From: Nitrosospira briensis C-128
GTDB lineage: Bacteria; Pseudomonadota; Gammaproteobacteria; Burkholderiales; Nitrosomonadaceae
Reading direction: 5' to 3'
DNA: 32,000 nucleotides
NCBI RefSeq assembly: GCF_000619905.2
Contig: NZ_CP012371.1
Location: 2,841,942 to 2,873,941 of the forward strand
Of this stretch, positions 18,521 through 29,059 are shown piece by piece. The position numbers and the translations under genes are program-made. Positions within the stretch are counted from its first letter, which is position 1. Each line of letters begins with the position of its first letter. Below the pieces are notes generated by a model that searched no databases, was not told where the DNA came from, and saw only the letters and a list, made by a program, of their open reading frames with translations.

Positions 18521-19417
18521 CTATTCAGGAAGCTGGTCACGCCTCAGAAGAAAAACAAACTCATCCCCGGCGCTGGTTTCGAGCCAGGTGAAAGGCGTCA
18601 GAGGAAAGGCCTGTTCCAGCGCTTGACGATTATGCCCGATCTCGACAATCAGAATTCCCCGGTCTGTCAGGTAATCGGCCGCCTGGAGCAATATTGCCCG
18701 GGTTGCTTCCAGACCATCTTCGCCGCTCGCCAGTGCGCTGCGCGGTTCATGGCGATATTCCTCGGGAAGAGTGGCCATTGATTTCGCGCTGACATAAGGC
18801 GGATTGCTGATGATGAGATCGTAACGGCGTCCTGCCAATGCAGCAAATAGATCAGACCGGACAAGACTGATTCTATGTTCCAGGTCGTAATCCGATACGT
18901 TCTTTTGGGCAACTTGCAGCGCCTCATGTGAAATGTCCGCAGCATCTATCGCGGCATTTTCGAAAGCGTGGGCAAGCAGCACGGCAAGGCATCCCGATCC
19001 GGTACAAAGATCAAGCGCGGAATGGATGTTGCCCGGTTCTTCTATCCACGGCGCGAGTTGCTCTTGCAGCAATTCGGCAATGAAGGAGCGCGGCACGATC
19101 GCACGTTCATCCACATAAAAACTGAAATCGCCTAGCCAGGCTTCGTTAGTGAGATAAGCAGCCGGGATTTTTTCGGTTGCGCGACGCTTGAGTATGCCCA
19201 ATACCTGATCCAGCTCGACCGAGGTGAGGCGAGCATCCAGAAATGGTTCCAGTTGATCGAGCGGCAAGTGCAGAGTGTGCAAAACCAGATATACCGCCTC
19301 ATCATATGCCGAGGCTGAGCCATGGCCGAAGAAAAGACCGGCGTCGTTAAAGCGGCTTACCGCGAAGCGCAGCAGGTCGCGGACGGTTTGAAGTTGGGTT
19401 TTTGCTTCACGGTACAT
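18521..19417 (-). CDS. prmB: Ribosomal protein L3 glutamine N5-methyltransferase (HemK-family, PrmB-type)
   Basis: 298 aa with the NPPY motif (IISNPPYV), the SAM motif LDLCTGSGCL and a PrmB-type N-terminus (TVRDLLRFAVSRFNDAGLFFGHGSASAYDEA). Confidence 0.85.
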   Translation of the reverse strand: MYREAKTQLQTVRDLLRFAVSRFNDAGLFFGHGSASAYDEAVYLVLHTLHLPLDQLEPFLDARLTSVELDQVLGILKRRATEKIPAAYLTNEAWLGDFSFYVDERAIVPRSFIAELLQEQLAPWIEEPGNIHSALDLCTGSGCLAVLLAHAFENAAIDAADISHEALQVAQKNVSDYDLEHRISLVRSDLFAALAGRRYDLIISNPPYVSAKSMATLPEEYRHEPRSALASGEDGLEATRAILLQAADYLTDRGILIVEIGHNRQALEQAFPLTPFTWLETSAGDEFVFLLRRDQLPE

Positions 19418-19542
19418 AGATTTTATTTGATGTGATGAACGTTATAGGCTGCTACAGGCTGCAGCCTATCTTATCCATTCTTGACGGGTTTTGCGACGCT
19501 CCCTCCATTTGCCGGAAGCTTGCGGTTCAGGTAGAGGGAGGA

Positions 19543-20730
<1,188 letters not shown>

Positions 20731-20929
20731 CTACTGATTTTTTACTGTTGATCGAGGCAGGCGATACGAGCGCATACAGGCGGAAGCCGGCTTTCAGCAA
20801 CATGCAAAGCGTGTTATTGCTGATTCAGGCCGGTTTCCCGTTCAACCCGAACGACGAAATACATATTTTATTCGCCGATGCGTAACATGCGTGAATTGCG
20901 CAATCGGTGTGGCGAATAAATTTTCCGAC

Positions 20930-21751
20930 CTATATTCCGCGCAGAAGCTCATTGATACCCGTTTTTGCGCGGGTTTTCGCATCTACCTGTTTAACGATGA
21001 CCGCGCAATAAAGGCTGTATTTCCCATCCGCGGAGGGAAGATTACCCGAAACAACCACCGATCCCGGTGGAACACGGCCATAGCTTATCTCGCCGCTTTC
21101 CCGATTATAGATCTTGGTGCTCTGGCCTATGTATACACCCATGGAAATGACGGAATTTTCTCCGACAATCACGCCTTCGACGATTTCCGAGCGTGCACCG
21201 ATAAAGCAATTATCCTCGATGATAGTCGGGTTGGCCTGCACCGGTTCAAGTACGCCGCCTATCCCCACGCCGCCGGACAGATGTACATTCTTGCCGATCT
21301 GAGCACAGGACCCAACCGTGGCCCAGGTATCGACCATCGCGCCTTCATCGACGTAAGCGCCAATATTGACATACGAAGGCATTAACACCACGTTACCGGC
21401 AATAAACGAGCCTTTTCTTACTGTCGCCGGCGGCACCACGCGGAACCCTCCATTACGGAAGTCCTTTGAACTGTAATCTGCGAACTTGGAGGGCACTTTA
21501 TCGAAATAGTTGGAGAAGCCACCCTTGATGAAGCTATTGTCTTCTATGCGAAAAGAAAGCAGTACCGCTTTTTTGATCCATTGATGCGTATTCCATTCGC
21601 CGTTTATTTTCTCCGCCACCCGCAGTTTACCGCTGTCGAGCATTTCAAGTACCTGGGCAACTGATTCCTTGAGTTTGGCTTCGACATTACGTGGTGTAAT
21701 CTCGGCGCGGCGTTCGAATGCTTCTTCAATGGTACTTTGGAGCTGATCCAT
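20930..21751 (-). CDS. dapD: Tetrahydrodipicolinate N-succinyltransferase
   Basis: 273 aa with a left-handed beta-helix of hexapeptide repeats and the DapD N-terminal helical domain ([17 protein letters not shown]). Confidence 0.96.
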   Translation of the reverse strand: MDQLQSTIEEAFERRAEITPRNVEAKLKESVAQVLEMLDSGKLRVAEKINGEWNTHQWIKKAVLLSFRIEDNSFIKGGFSNYFDKVPSKFADYSSKDFRNGGFRVVPPATVRKGSFIAGNVVLMPSYVNIGAYVDEGAMVDTWATVGSCAQIGKNVHLSGGVGIGGVLEPVQANPTIIEDNCFIGARSEIVEGVIVGENSVISMGVYIGQSTKIYNRESGEISYGRVPPGSVVVSGNLPSADGKYSLYCAVIVKQVDAKTRAKTGINELLRGI

Positions 21752-21759
21752 GATTTTCC

Positions 21760-23004
21760 TTAATCTACTTTAGATATTTTTATCGATTCAAATTTTCCGC
21801 CGCGCTCGCGCTGCAAGTCAGCTACCAGCATTTTTATGCGTCCAGTTGCTTCAATGCATTCTTCCAGTGGGGCAACAAGGGCGATACGAACGAAATTTTC
21901 GCCAGGGTTGACCCCATGCGCGTATCGTCCCAGATAGCTGCCGGGTAAAACTGTTACATTATAATCGCGATAAAGCCGCCGGGCGAACTCGACATCGCTG
22001 CACGGTGTTTTCACCCATAAATAAAATGCGGCATCCGGCATGGAAACCTGCAGCGTTCCCCGTAGCGATCCGGTAACCGCATCGAATTTTTCCCGGTACA
22101 GGCGGCGGTTCTCGACAACATGAAACTCGTCGCTCCAGGCGGCCTCGCTCGCCGCCTGCACCGCCGGATTCATTGCACTGCCGTGGTAGGTACGATAGAG
22201 CAAAAATTTTGCTAGTAACGCCGCATCTCCCGCTACGAAACCTGAGCGCATACCCGGCACATTGGACCTTTTCGACAGACTGCTGAATATAACCAGCCTG
22301 GGGAAGCCGGTGCGGCCAAGACGTTGGGCAGCCTCGAGTGCGCCAAGCGGTGGAGAAGCCTCATCGAAATAGATCTCGGAATAACACTCATCCGACGCAA
22401 TAACAAAGCCATAGCGATCGGAAAGCTCGAATAGGTGCTTCCACTCATCCATCGACATTACCCTGCCCGTAGGGTTACCAGGGGAGCAGACGTATACCAG
22501 TTGCGTGCGCGACCAGATATCGCCCGACAGTTGCGCATAGTCGAGTGCAAAATTATTTTCCGGCAACGTATTCAGGAAATACGGGGTTGCACCCGCCAGC
22601 AAAGCCGCCCCTTCGTATATCTGATAAAAGGGGTTCGGACAAACTACAATGGCTTCCGGCAGCGATGGGTTGATCACCGCCTGGGCAAAAGAAAACAGTG
22701 CTTCGCGGCTCCCGTTAATCGGAATGACCTGTGTGTCGGGATCGACGGCAGGCACGTGATAACGCTTTATCAGCCAGGCGGCTATGCTTGCCCGTAGCGA
22801 TCGGGTGCCAAGCGTGGTGGGGTAGAAAGCCATCCCCGCGAGATTCTCCACCAGCGCCTGGCGAATAAAATCCGGTGTGGTATGTTTGGGTTCGCCTATA
22901 TGCAGGCTGATGGGAGAAAGAGCCGTGTTTCGCTCGATTCCTTCAAACAGCTTGTTGAGCTTCTGGAAGGGATAAGGTTGGAGGCGGTCGAGATTGGGAT
23001 TCAA
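21760..23004 (-). CDS. dapC: Succinyldiaminopimelate aminotransferase (class I PLP aminotransferase, DapC-type)
   Basis: 414 aa with the N-terminus [16 protein letters not shown], the PLP-lysine motif [14 protein letters not shown], and adjacency to dapD-dapE. TTG start. Confidence 0.82.
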   Translation of the reverse strand: MNPNLDRLQPYPFQKLNKLFEGIERNTALSPISLHIGEPKHTTPDFIRQALVENLAGMAFYPTTLGTRSLRASIAAWLIKRYHVPAVDPDTQVIPINGSREALFSFAQAVINPSLPEAIVVCPNPFYQIYEGAALLAGATPYFLNTLPENNFALDYAQLSGDIWSRTQLVYVCSPGNPTGRVMSMDEWKHLFELSDRYGFVIASDECYSEIYFDEASPPLGALEAAQRLGRTGFPRLVIFSSLSKRSNVPGMRSGFVAGDAALLAKFLLYRTYHGSAMNPAVQAASEAAWSDEFHVVENRRLYREKFDAVTGSLRGTLQVSMPDAAFYLWVKTPCSDVEFARRLYRDYNVTVLPGSYLGRYAHGVNPGENFVRIALVAPLEECIEATGRIKMLVADLQRERGGKFESIKISKVD

Positions 23005-23109
23005 TTTGATAGGCTGGGGCAGGCTCTGAACAGCAATCTGCTACCTCCATGGTTAAGTTTGTTGATCGAAGCAGGATTATAAAGGGCGGGCGTCTCGCGA
23101 CCAACCAAA

Positions 23110-23994
23110 ATGAACAAAACAAAACAGAATGATTTTCCCGTGGCGGCGCTGCTCATAGGAGCAAGTATCTGGGGCTTGCTGTGGTATCCCTATCGATTGC
23201 TGGAACAAGCCCGGATAAGCGGGGCCATCGCGACCTCTATTACTTACGCAATTGCCTTACTGCTGGGGCTGGTTATATTTCGGAAAAGTTTGCACAGATC
23301 GCAAGTGCTCGGCGGCGAGCCGCATTTATTGTTCTGGATTGGCCTGTTTGCAGGCTGGACCAATCTCGCATACGTACTCGGTGTCATTCACGGCGAAGTC
23401 ATGCGTGTCCTGCTTTTATTCTATCTCGCGCCGTTATGGACCATCGTGTTCTCACGTGTTCTGCTGAATGAAATGTTGAGTTTGCACGGCTATCTGGTTA
23501 TCGCATTTTCGTTGGCGGGTGCGATAGTCATGCTGTGGCAGCCGGAAAACGGCTTCTCGTTGCCTTCCTCTTATGGTGACTGGATGGGATTATCGGCCGG
23601 CTTCATGTTTGCACTCTCGAATGTGCTGAGCCGCAAAGACCAATACCACAGTGTTCAGGTAAAATCGGTGGCGGTGTGGAGCGGCGTCGCGCTGGTAGCA
23701 TTCGGTTATAGCCTGTTTCTGGTCGACCTGCCCGTAATGAGCGACATTTCCACAGATACGTATCTGCTCCTGTTGGGCGTCGGATTGGTCGTGTTCGCCC
23801 TGAGTTTGGTTGTGCAATACGGCCTGGCACACACGCCCGCGAATCAGGCCATCGTAATCATGCTGTTCGAATTGGTGGTGGCGGCGATTGCAGCCTATTT
23901 CCTGACTGATGAGGCGATGACGCCCAGGGAATGGATCGGCGGGCTGATGATTATTTCGGCAAGTCTGTTTTCTGCCTCAATGAATCGGGAGTAA
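23110..23994 (+). CDS. EamA/DMT-family permease
   Basis: 294 aa with about 10 predicted hydrophobic helices arranged as two repeats, typical of drug/metabolite transporters. Substrate unknown. Confidence 0.82.
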   Translation: MNKTKQNDFPVAALLIGASIWGLLWYPYRLLEQARISGAIATSITYAIALLLGLVIFRKSLHRSQVLGGEPHLLFWIGLFAGWTNLAYVLGVIHGEVMRVLLLFYLAPLWTIVFSRVLLNEMLSLHGYLVIAFSLAGAIVMLWQPENGFSLPSSYGDWMGLSAGFMFALSNVLSRKDQYHSVQVKSVAVWSGVALVAFGYSLFLVDLPVMSDISTDTYLLLLGVGLVVFALSLVVQYGLAHTPANQAIVIMLFELVVAAIAAYFLTDEAMTPREWIGGLMIISASLFSASMNRE

Positions 23995-24207
23995 CATGGC
24001 CAATCAGCGTGCCCACGGCGATGATAGTCGGCATCTCGTCTGGTTCGGCAAAGCAAAGTTCTTCTGTATCGCTATGCCACCGTTGGCAGGCCATAGTTTT
24101 CGTTCCGCGCCCGGTGTTCAATCAGATTTGCCGGTTCAGTTGTCGTCTGAGCGCATACACCGGAATTATCTGGATTCTCCAGGTTGAATAAAGGCAGAAA
24201 AATACAC

Positions 24208-25158
24208 ATGAGCCATCACATCGTTTTTCCGGAGCGGGATTCACTCAAGGTGAGGGTGCGCCGGCCAAATTTTGAGCATACATACGAGGAATACGCGCAA
24301 ACGACTTCTGATCAGATCGTGCCGCACCTGCAGCGTGCGACTGTGGCCATCATCAACAAATTGGGATTGAGCGACGAGATCCTTGCGGAATTGCCCAGGC
24401 TGAAGATGATAGCGATTGCCGCAACGGGATATGACGCCATCGATATTGCAGCCTGCCGCAGGCGTGGTATCGCGGTGGCGAATATCCGTAATTATGCGAT
24501 TCATACCGTGCCGGAGCACGTATTCGCGATGGTGCTTGCGTTACGCCGCAACTTGCTGGCGTACCGGCAGGAGATTGAGCAGGGGGCGTGGCAGAAATCG
24601 GAACAGTTCTGTCTGTTTACGCATAATATAAGCGAATTGTTCGGCTCGACCATGGGCATTATCGGAGAAGGCGCTATCGGGCGCGGTACTGCTGCAATCG
24701 CGCGTGGGTTCGGCATGCGCGTTCTGTTTGGGTACCATCCGTCCACCAAGAAAAAAGATGTGCTGCTCACCCCTTTCGATCAGGTACTCGCCGAGTCGGA
24801 CATACTCTCGTTGCATTGCCCCTTGTCGCCGGCTACGCGCAACATGATCGGCATTGATGAATTGCGCAAGATGAAGCGCAGCGCGTTGCTGATCAACACC
24901 GCGCGGGGTGGACTCGTCGATGAGGCGGCGTTGGTTCAGGCCCTGGAAGAAGACATTATTGCAGGCGCTGGCTTCGACGTACTCACCGTCGAGCCACCCA
25001 GGGAGGGCAATCCATTGCTCGACCTGTGTCGTCCCAATTTCATTCTTACACCACATATTGCCTGGGCCTCGGCTGAGGCAATGCACTTTCTCGCCGATCA
25101 GCTAATCGACAATATCGAAGCCTGGGTGGCCGGAAAGCCGCAGAATCTGGTTACCTGA
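24208..25158 (+). CDS. D-isomer-specific 2-hydroxyacid dehydrogenase (glycerate/hydroxypyruvate reductase-like)
   Basis: It has the NAD-binding motif GIIGEGAIGRG and catalytic-region motifs NTARGGLVDE and LTPHIAWAS. I prefer the ATG at 24208 (MSHHIVFPE...) to the track's TTG at 24184. Confidence 0.88.
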   Translation: MSHHIVFPERDSLKVRVRRPNFEHTYEEYAQTTSDQIVPHLQRATVAIINKLGLSDEILAELPRLKMIAIAATGYDAIDIAACRRRGIAVANIRNYAIHTVPEHVFAMVLALRRNLLAYRQEIEQGAWQKSEQFCLFTHNISELFGSTMGIIGEGAIGRGTAAIARGFGMRVLFGYHPSTKKKDVLLTPFDQVLAESDILSLHCPLSPATRNMIGIDELRKMKRSALLINTARGGLVDEAALVQALEEDIIAGAGFDVLTVEPPREGNPLLDLCRPNFILTPHIAWASAEAMHFLADQLIDNIEAWVAGKPQNLVT

Positions 25159-25335
25159 GTAAAGAGGTTGATCGAGCGGAATTCTGTATGCATAGACTCG
25201 GTTTATCGTTTTTTATTTATCACCATCTCCATCCGGCTTAAGTGAATGCAGGCCATTTTTTGTATTGTTCAGTGCGATTGATCACGTCAGACGCAACCGG
25301 GCGCACACAAGCATAAACCGTATGCAAGCGACCGG

Positions 25336-25364
25336 TTGACAAGGTGAAGGCCCTTCGATAGTCT
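25336..25364 (+). promoter_or_regulatory. Candidate sigma-70 promoter of the rubrerythrin cluster
   Basis: A perfect -35 TTGACA (25336..25341), a 17-nt spacer, and -10 TAGTCT (25359..25364, TAnnnT retained). A 7-bp inverted repeat, CAACCGG (25294..25300) / CCGGTTG (25332..25338), overlaps the -35. Confidence 0.4.
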
Positions 25365-25487
25365 CTCAGGGTTAAGTTTTGGCCTGGTTTTGGGCCGCTT
25401 GAATTCATATGATTCGAGCATCCAGGCCGAATGGTCCGTGGATATGATCAGTTTGATTATTGGTACTTAAATAAGAGGAGGGGAAAC

Positions 25488-25907
25488 ATGGAACTTAAAG
25501 GATCGAAAACTGAAGAAAACTTGAAAGCTGCCTTTGCCGGAGAATCTCAGGCCAATCGCCGTTATCTCTATTTTGCAAGCAAAGCGGCTGTTGAAGGTCA
25601 GGATGATGTGGCAAACATCTTCCGCACGACGGCGGAAGGGGAAACCGGGCATGCCCATGGACATCTGGAGTATCTGGAGGCTTGCGGCGATCCGGCTACA
25701 GGTATGCCTTTCGGCTCATCCCGCGCCAACCTGCAAACGGCGATAGCGGGCGAGACGCATGAATATACAGATATGTATCCCGGCATGGCCAAATCTGCTC
25801 GCGACGAAGGTTTCGATGAAATCGCCGACTGGTTCGAGACGCTGGGCAAGGCTGAGCGCTCTCACGCCAATCGCTTCCAGAAGGTCCTGGATAATCTGGC
25901 TGATTGA
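25488..25907 (+). CDS. Rubrerythrin-family diiron protein lacking the rubredoxin domain
   Basis: 139 aa. AGGAGG (25476..25481) precedes the ATG at 25488. The protein starts [29 protein letters not shown] and has two E-x-x-H ligand pairs (EGETGH, AERSH). It ends without any CxxC...CxxC module. The track ORF start at 25431 is over-extended. Confidence 0.9.
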   Translation: MELKGSKTEENLKAAFAGESQANRRYLYFASKAAVEGQDDVANIFRTTAEGETGHAHGHLEYLEACGDPATGMPFGSSRANLQTAIAGETHEYTDMYPGMAKSARDEGFDEIADWFETLGKAERSHANRFQKVLDNLAD

Positions 25908-25927
25908 GTCGTTGCAAGACAGGAATG

Positions 25928-25959
25928 GACCGGGTCGAGTGCCAGCATTCGATCCGGTC
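25928..25959 (+). other. 11-bp intercistronic stem-loop after the rubrerythrin gene
   Basis: GACCGGGTCGA (25928..25938), loop GTGCCAGCAT, TCGATCCGGTC (25949..25959), with one G-U pair. No U-tract follows. It lies 21 nt after the rubrerythrin stop. Confidence 0.5.
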
Positions 25960-26026
25960 GGTTGTTCCGCTCTGACGCTCCGTTCTAAGTTCCATTTGTT
26001 TTATCCTTATACATTTTCATATCACC

Positions 26027-27358
26027 ATGACCACTCGAGAAGGCAGTCTGGAGCGCCCCACGCGTCATCCGCTCGACTGGGAAAATCCGGATTTTTATGA
26101 CGAGCCGAAGCTATTCAGTGAAATGGAGCGCGTCTTCGACATTTGTCATGGTTGCCGTCGCTGCGTCAGTCTATGCACGGCATTTCCGAGCTTGTTTGAT
26201 CTTATAGACGAGGGAAGCACCGGTGAACTCGATGGGGTGGAGAAACAGAACTTCTGGAAGGTAGTGGATCGCTGTTATCTCTGCGATATGTGTTTCATGG
26301 CGAAATGCCCCTATGTGCCACCGCACCCATGGAATGTCGATTTTCCTCACCTGATGCTGCGTGCAAAGGCTGTCAAGCACAAAAAAGGCGACGTTCGCTT
26401 CCGTGATGAATTGCTTTCGAGCACGGATCTCATGGGTAAACTGGCCGCCATTCCGGTAGTGGCTCAGGCGGTAAACGCGGTAAACAAGACGCCGGTCGCC
26501 CGCAAGTTGATGGATAACGTACTGGGTATTCACGCCGAGCGGAAACTGCCGGATTATGACAGCCATAAATTTCGACCGAATGCGAGGATCAATCAATCTC
26601 ATGAAGTCCGCGACGGTGACAGGACATCGGGGAAGGTTGCGATTTATGCCACGTGTTATGTCAATTACAATGAGCCCGGCATAGGGCATGATTTATTGAA
26701 GGTGCTTGACCACAACCAGATTCCCACGCGCCTGGTGGAAAAAGAAGCCTGTTGCGGAATGCCGAAGCTGGAACTGGGCGATCTGGATGCGGTGAAAGCG
26801 CTTAAAATCAGGAATATTCCCCCTTTGGCGAAACTTGCGAAGGAGGGGTACGCAATACTTGCACCTGTACCTTCTTGCACGCTTATGTACAAGCAGGAAC
26901 TGCCGCTCATGTTTCCCGAGGATGAGGATGTGAAAGCGGTAGCCGCAGCAATGTTCGATCCATTTGAATACCTGATGTTGCGCAACCGGGACGGTTTGCT
27001 GAAAACCGATTTTAAGCAGCCGCTGGGTAATGTTTCGTATCACATTCCCTGCCATTTGCGCGTACAGAACATCGGGCAGAAAACCAGGGAAATGCTGCAA
27101 ATGGTTCCCGATACGAAAGTAAGCGTCGTCGAACGATGCTCCGGCCATGATGGGACCTGGGGAGTAAAAAGTGAACACTTCGCCGATTCCATGAAAATCG
27201 GCAAACCGGTATTCAAGCAAATGGGGGCTTCCACGCCCGATTACATCAGTTCCGACTGCGCCATTGCCGCCCGGCATATTGAGCAGGGTATGGGTGACAC
27301 CAAGGCGCAGAAGCAGCATCCGTTGACGCTGATCCGGATTGCTTACGGGCTTGACTGA
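26027..27358 (+). CDS. Fe-S oxidoreductase with 2x[4Fe-4S] ferredoxin motifs and two CCG domains (HdrD/GlpC-like)
   Basis: 443 aa. The motifs CHGCRRCVSLCTAFP and CYLCDMCFMAKCP fit CxxCxxCxxxCP. The cysteine-rich CCG motifs are ATCYVNY...EACCGMP and YHIPCH...ERCSGHDG. Confidence 0.88.
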   Translation: MTTREGSLERPTRHPLDWENPDFYDEPKLFSEMERVFDICHGCRRCVSLCTAFPSLFDLIDEGSTGELDGVEKQNFWKVVDRCYLCDMCFMAKCPYVPPHPWNVDFPHLMLRAKAVKHKKGDVRFRDELLSSTDLMGKLAAIPVVAQAVNAVNKTPVARKLMDNVLGIHAERKLPDYDSHKFRPNARINQSHEVRDGDRTSGKVAIYATCYVNYNEPGIGHDLLKVLDHNQIPTRLVEKEACCGMPKLELGDLDAVKALKIRNIPPLAKLAKEGYAILAPVPSCTLMYKQELPLMFPEDEDVKAVAAAMFDPFEYLMLRNRDGLLKTDFKQPLGNVSYHIPCHLRVQNIGQKTREMLQMVPDTKVSVVERCSGHDGTWGVKSEHFADSMKIGKPVFKQMGASTPDYISSDCAIAARHIEQGMGDTKAQKQHPLTLIRIAYGLD

Positions 27359-27518
27359 ACAGTTGGTTGAGCAATCGGCCTTCTTGCTTCGCTCCTGTTA
27401 TTCCAGTTCGAGAATGGAGAGTGCAGGCGAGACACAAGACAGTGCGCAAGAGTACCGCGAGGAGCCGGGAACGATACCAAAAACGGCCTATTTTTTTAAT
27501 GCAATGGAATAATAATTC

Positions 27519-28106
27519 ATGCCTTCGATTACTCCTGGTAGTCTGATGACCCTGGAAACCTACGCTAAAGTGAGGCAGGAGTTCCGCGCTCGCGTAATGA
27601 CGCATAAAAAAAACCGCAAGGTTCATCTGGGTGAGAATATCACGCTTATTTTTGAGGACGAGTTGACGGTGCGGTATCAAATCCAGGAAATGCTGCGGGC
27701 AGAGAAGATTTTTGATGAAGACGGCATACTTGCCGAGCTGGATGCGTATGGTCCTCTGGTTCCGGATGGCGCCAACTGGAAAGCAACCATGATGATCGAA
27801 TATCCTGATCCGGTCGAGCGCGCCGCCAGGCTGGCGAAACTGATCGGTATAGAAGATAAGGTATGGGTCAGGATAAATGGCTGTGATCCGGTTTACGCCA
27901 TCGCTGATGAAGATATGGAGCGTGAAAACGAAGAGAAGACATCCGCGGTGCATTTTCTGCGTTTTGAGCTCACCGGGGAAATGATAAAAGCGCTACATCA
28001 GGGTGTGTCCCTGAGCATGGGCATCGATCACAACGCTTACGAGATTACGGCTGAGCCGGTGCCAGCAGCGGTACGCGAATCGTTGATCAAGGACTTGACC
28101 GCATAA
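27519..28106 (+). CDS. Conserved hypothetical protein, DUF3501-like
   Basis: 195 aa, soluble, with no cofactor motif I can recognise. The pattern LETYAKVRQEFRARVMTHKKNRKVHLGENITLIFEDELTVRYQIQEMLR...KTSAVHFLRFEL matches my memory of the DUF3501 family, which is typically annotated next to such Fe-S/rubrerythrin genes. The family name is unverified. Confidence 0.7.
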   Translation: MPSITPGSLMTLETYAKVRQEFRARVMTHKKNRKVHLGENITLIFEDELTVRYQIQEMLRAEKIFDEDGILAELDAYGPLVPDGANWKATMMIEYPDPVERAARLAKLIGIEDKVWVRINGCDPVYAIADEDMERENEEKTSAVHFLRFELTGEMIKALHQGVSLSMGIDHNAYEITAEPVPAAVRESLIKDLTA

Positions 28107-28624
28107 TGAAAAGAGTCTTGCTGCTGCTATGCTTCTTGCCGGTTGCAGTTTACGCCCAGCAACAGAAATTCGAATATGAATTCGATCATGAGAGGCCCTG
28201 GGTCGAACTTCAGGCGCAATTGCCTCCCTATCCGGAGACGGAAAATCTGCTGCAATTCGATGCGGGTCCCGTCAGCACAAATCTTCACTATGTCGATGCC
28301 TTGTCCATCACGGTTGGAGAGGATGGCGTAGTGCGCTACACCCTCGTGATCACATCATCGGCTGGTGGGATGAACGTGAGCTACGAAGGAATACGTTGCC
28401 AAACCGCCGAAAAAAGAACTTACGCCTATGGCCGAAATGACCATACCTGGACGCGAGCGGGAAGGTCGAAATGGGCCGATCTAGAAACACTTAACCAGAA
28501 CTATGCCCAGCGCGCGCTCTACAGATATTTTTTCTGTCCGCTTGGATTCGATATGGTGAGGGATGCGGATGAAGCTATCCAGGCATTGAAAGCAGGAATC
28601 CACCCGCGAGCGGTACGATATTAG
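28106..28624 (+). CDS. Secreted CNP1-like family protein (unknown function)
   Basis: 172 aa with the Sec signal peptide MKRVLLLLCFLPVAVYA/QQ. The core VDALSITVGEDGVVRYTLVITSSAGGMNVSYEGIRCQTAEKRTYAYG...FFCP resembles the CNP1-like periplasmic family. The start ATG overlaps the upstream TAA by 1 nt (TAATG). Confidence 0.72.
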   Translation: MKRVLLLLCFLPVAVYAQQQKFEYEFDHERPWVELQAQLPPYPETENLLQFDAGPVSTNLHYVDALSITVGEDGVVRYTLVITSSAGGMNVSYEGIRCQTAEKRTYAYGRNDHTWTRAGRSKWADLETLNQNYAQRALYRYFFCPLGFDMVRDADEAIQALKAGIHPRAVRY

Positions 28625-28689
28625 GCGGAAGCGTACTTTTGCTGGTCAGGTGAAAATTTCTTCGAGACTAGCAGATCAGGTCGTGATTT

Positions 28690-29019
28690 TCACTGCGCAC
28701 GCTCATAAAGCACTTTAGAGCGAATCCCCAAGCGGCAATAACCAAGTATGGGGCCGGGCAGTTCATCAATCGCCAGCTTGAACCGAGCAACTTGGGCGTC
28801 ATTTATTTGTCCCGGCACAACCGGAAGGTAGGCAAATTCGAGGCCTGCTTCTTTTGCCGCTGACTCAAGTAGGTTGTGATCCGGATGGGCGCCACCGTCC
28901 TCGGTATCCGGTCGATTACAGATTACACTTCTGAAACCAGCCGCTTTAATATCAAGCAAATCCTCAACACTGATCTGTGGGCTGGCGGAAAAATTATCGT
29001 CTATTTTCGTAAGCTTCAT
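28690..29019 (-). CDS. DUF442/TIGR01244-like small phosphatase-fold (sulfur-transferase-like) protein
   Basis: 109 aa from the ATG at 29019: MKLTKIDDNFSASPQISVEDLLDIKAAGFRSVICNRPDTEDG...GPILGYCRLGIRS, with a Cys-X4-Arg-Ser P-loop-like motif. The track ORF start (29103) would overlap the proB 3' end and adds non-conserved residues. Confidence 0.72.
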   Translation of the reverse strand: MKLTKIDDNFSASPQISVEDLLDIKAAGFRSVICNRPDTEDGGAHPDHNLLESAAKEAGLEFAYLPVVPGQINDAQVARFKLAIDELPGPILGYCRLGIRSKVLYERAQ

Positions 29020-29059
29020 TGAACATTTCTCAGAGTGAACAAGGCAATATTCTACGATA

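Noticed and set aside
24541-25086. 181-aa - strand ORF
   Set aside because: It is antisense to the 2-hydroxyacid dehydrogenase gene, which carries clear NAD-binding and catalytic motifs.
25441-25465. Fur/PerR-like box (GATATGATCAGTTTGATTATT) in the rubrerythrin 5' UTR
   Set aside because: It resembles the GATAAT-type hexamer arrays only loosely, with too many mismatches to Fur or PerR consensus sequences to claim.
26693-27953. Two long - strand ORFs (208 aa and 235 aa) overlapping the Fe-S oxidoreductase and DUF3501 genes
   Set aside because: They are antisense shadows of well-motivated + strand genes and show no motifs, SD or start context.
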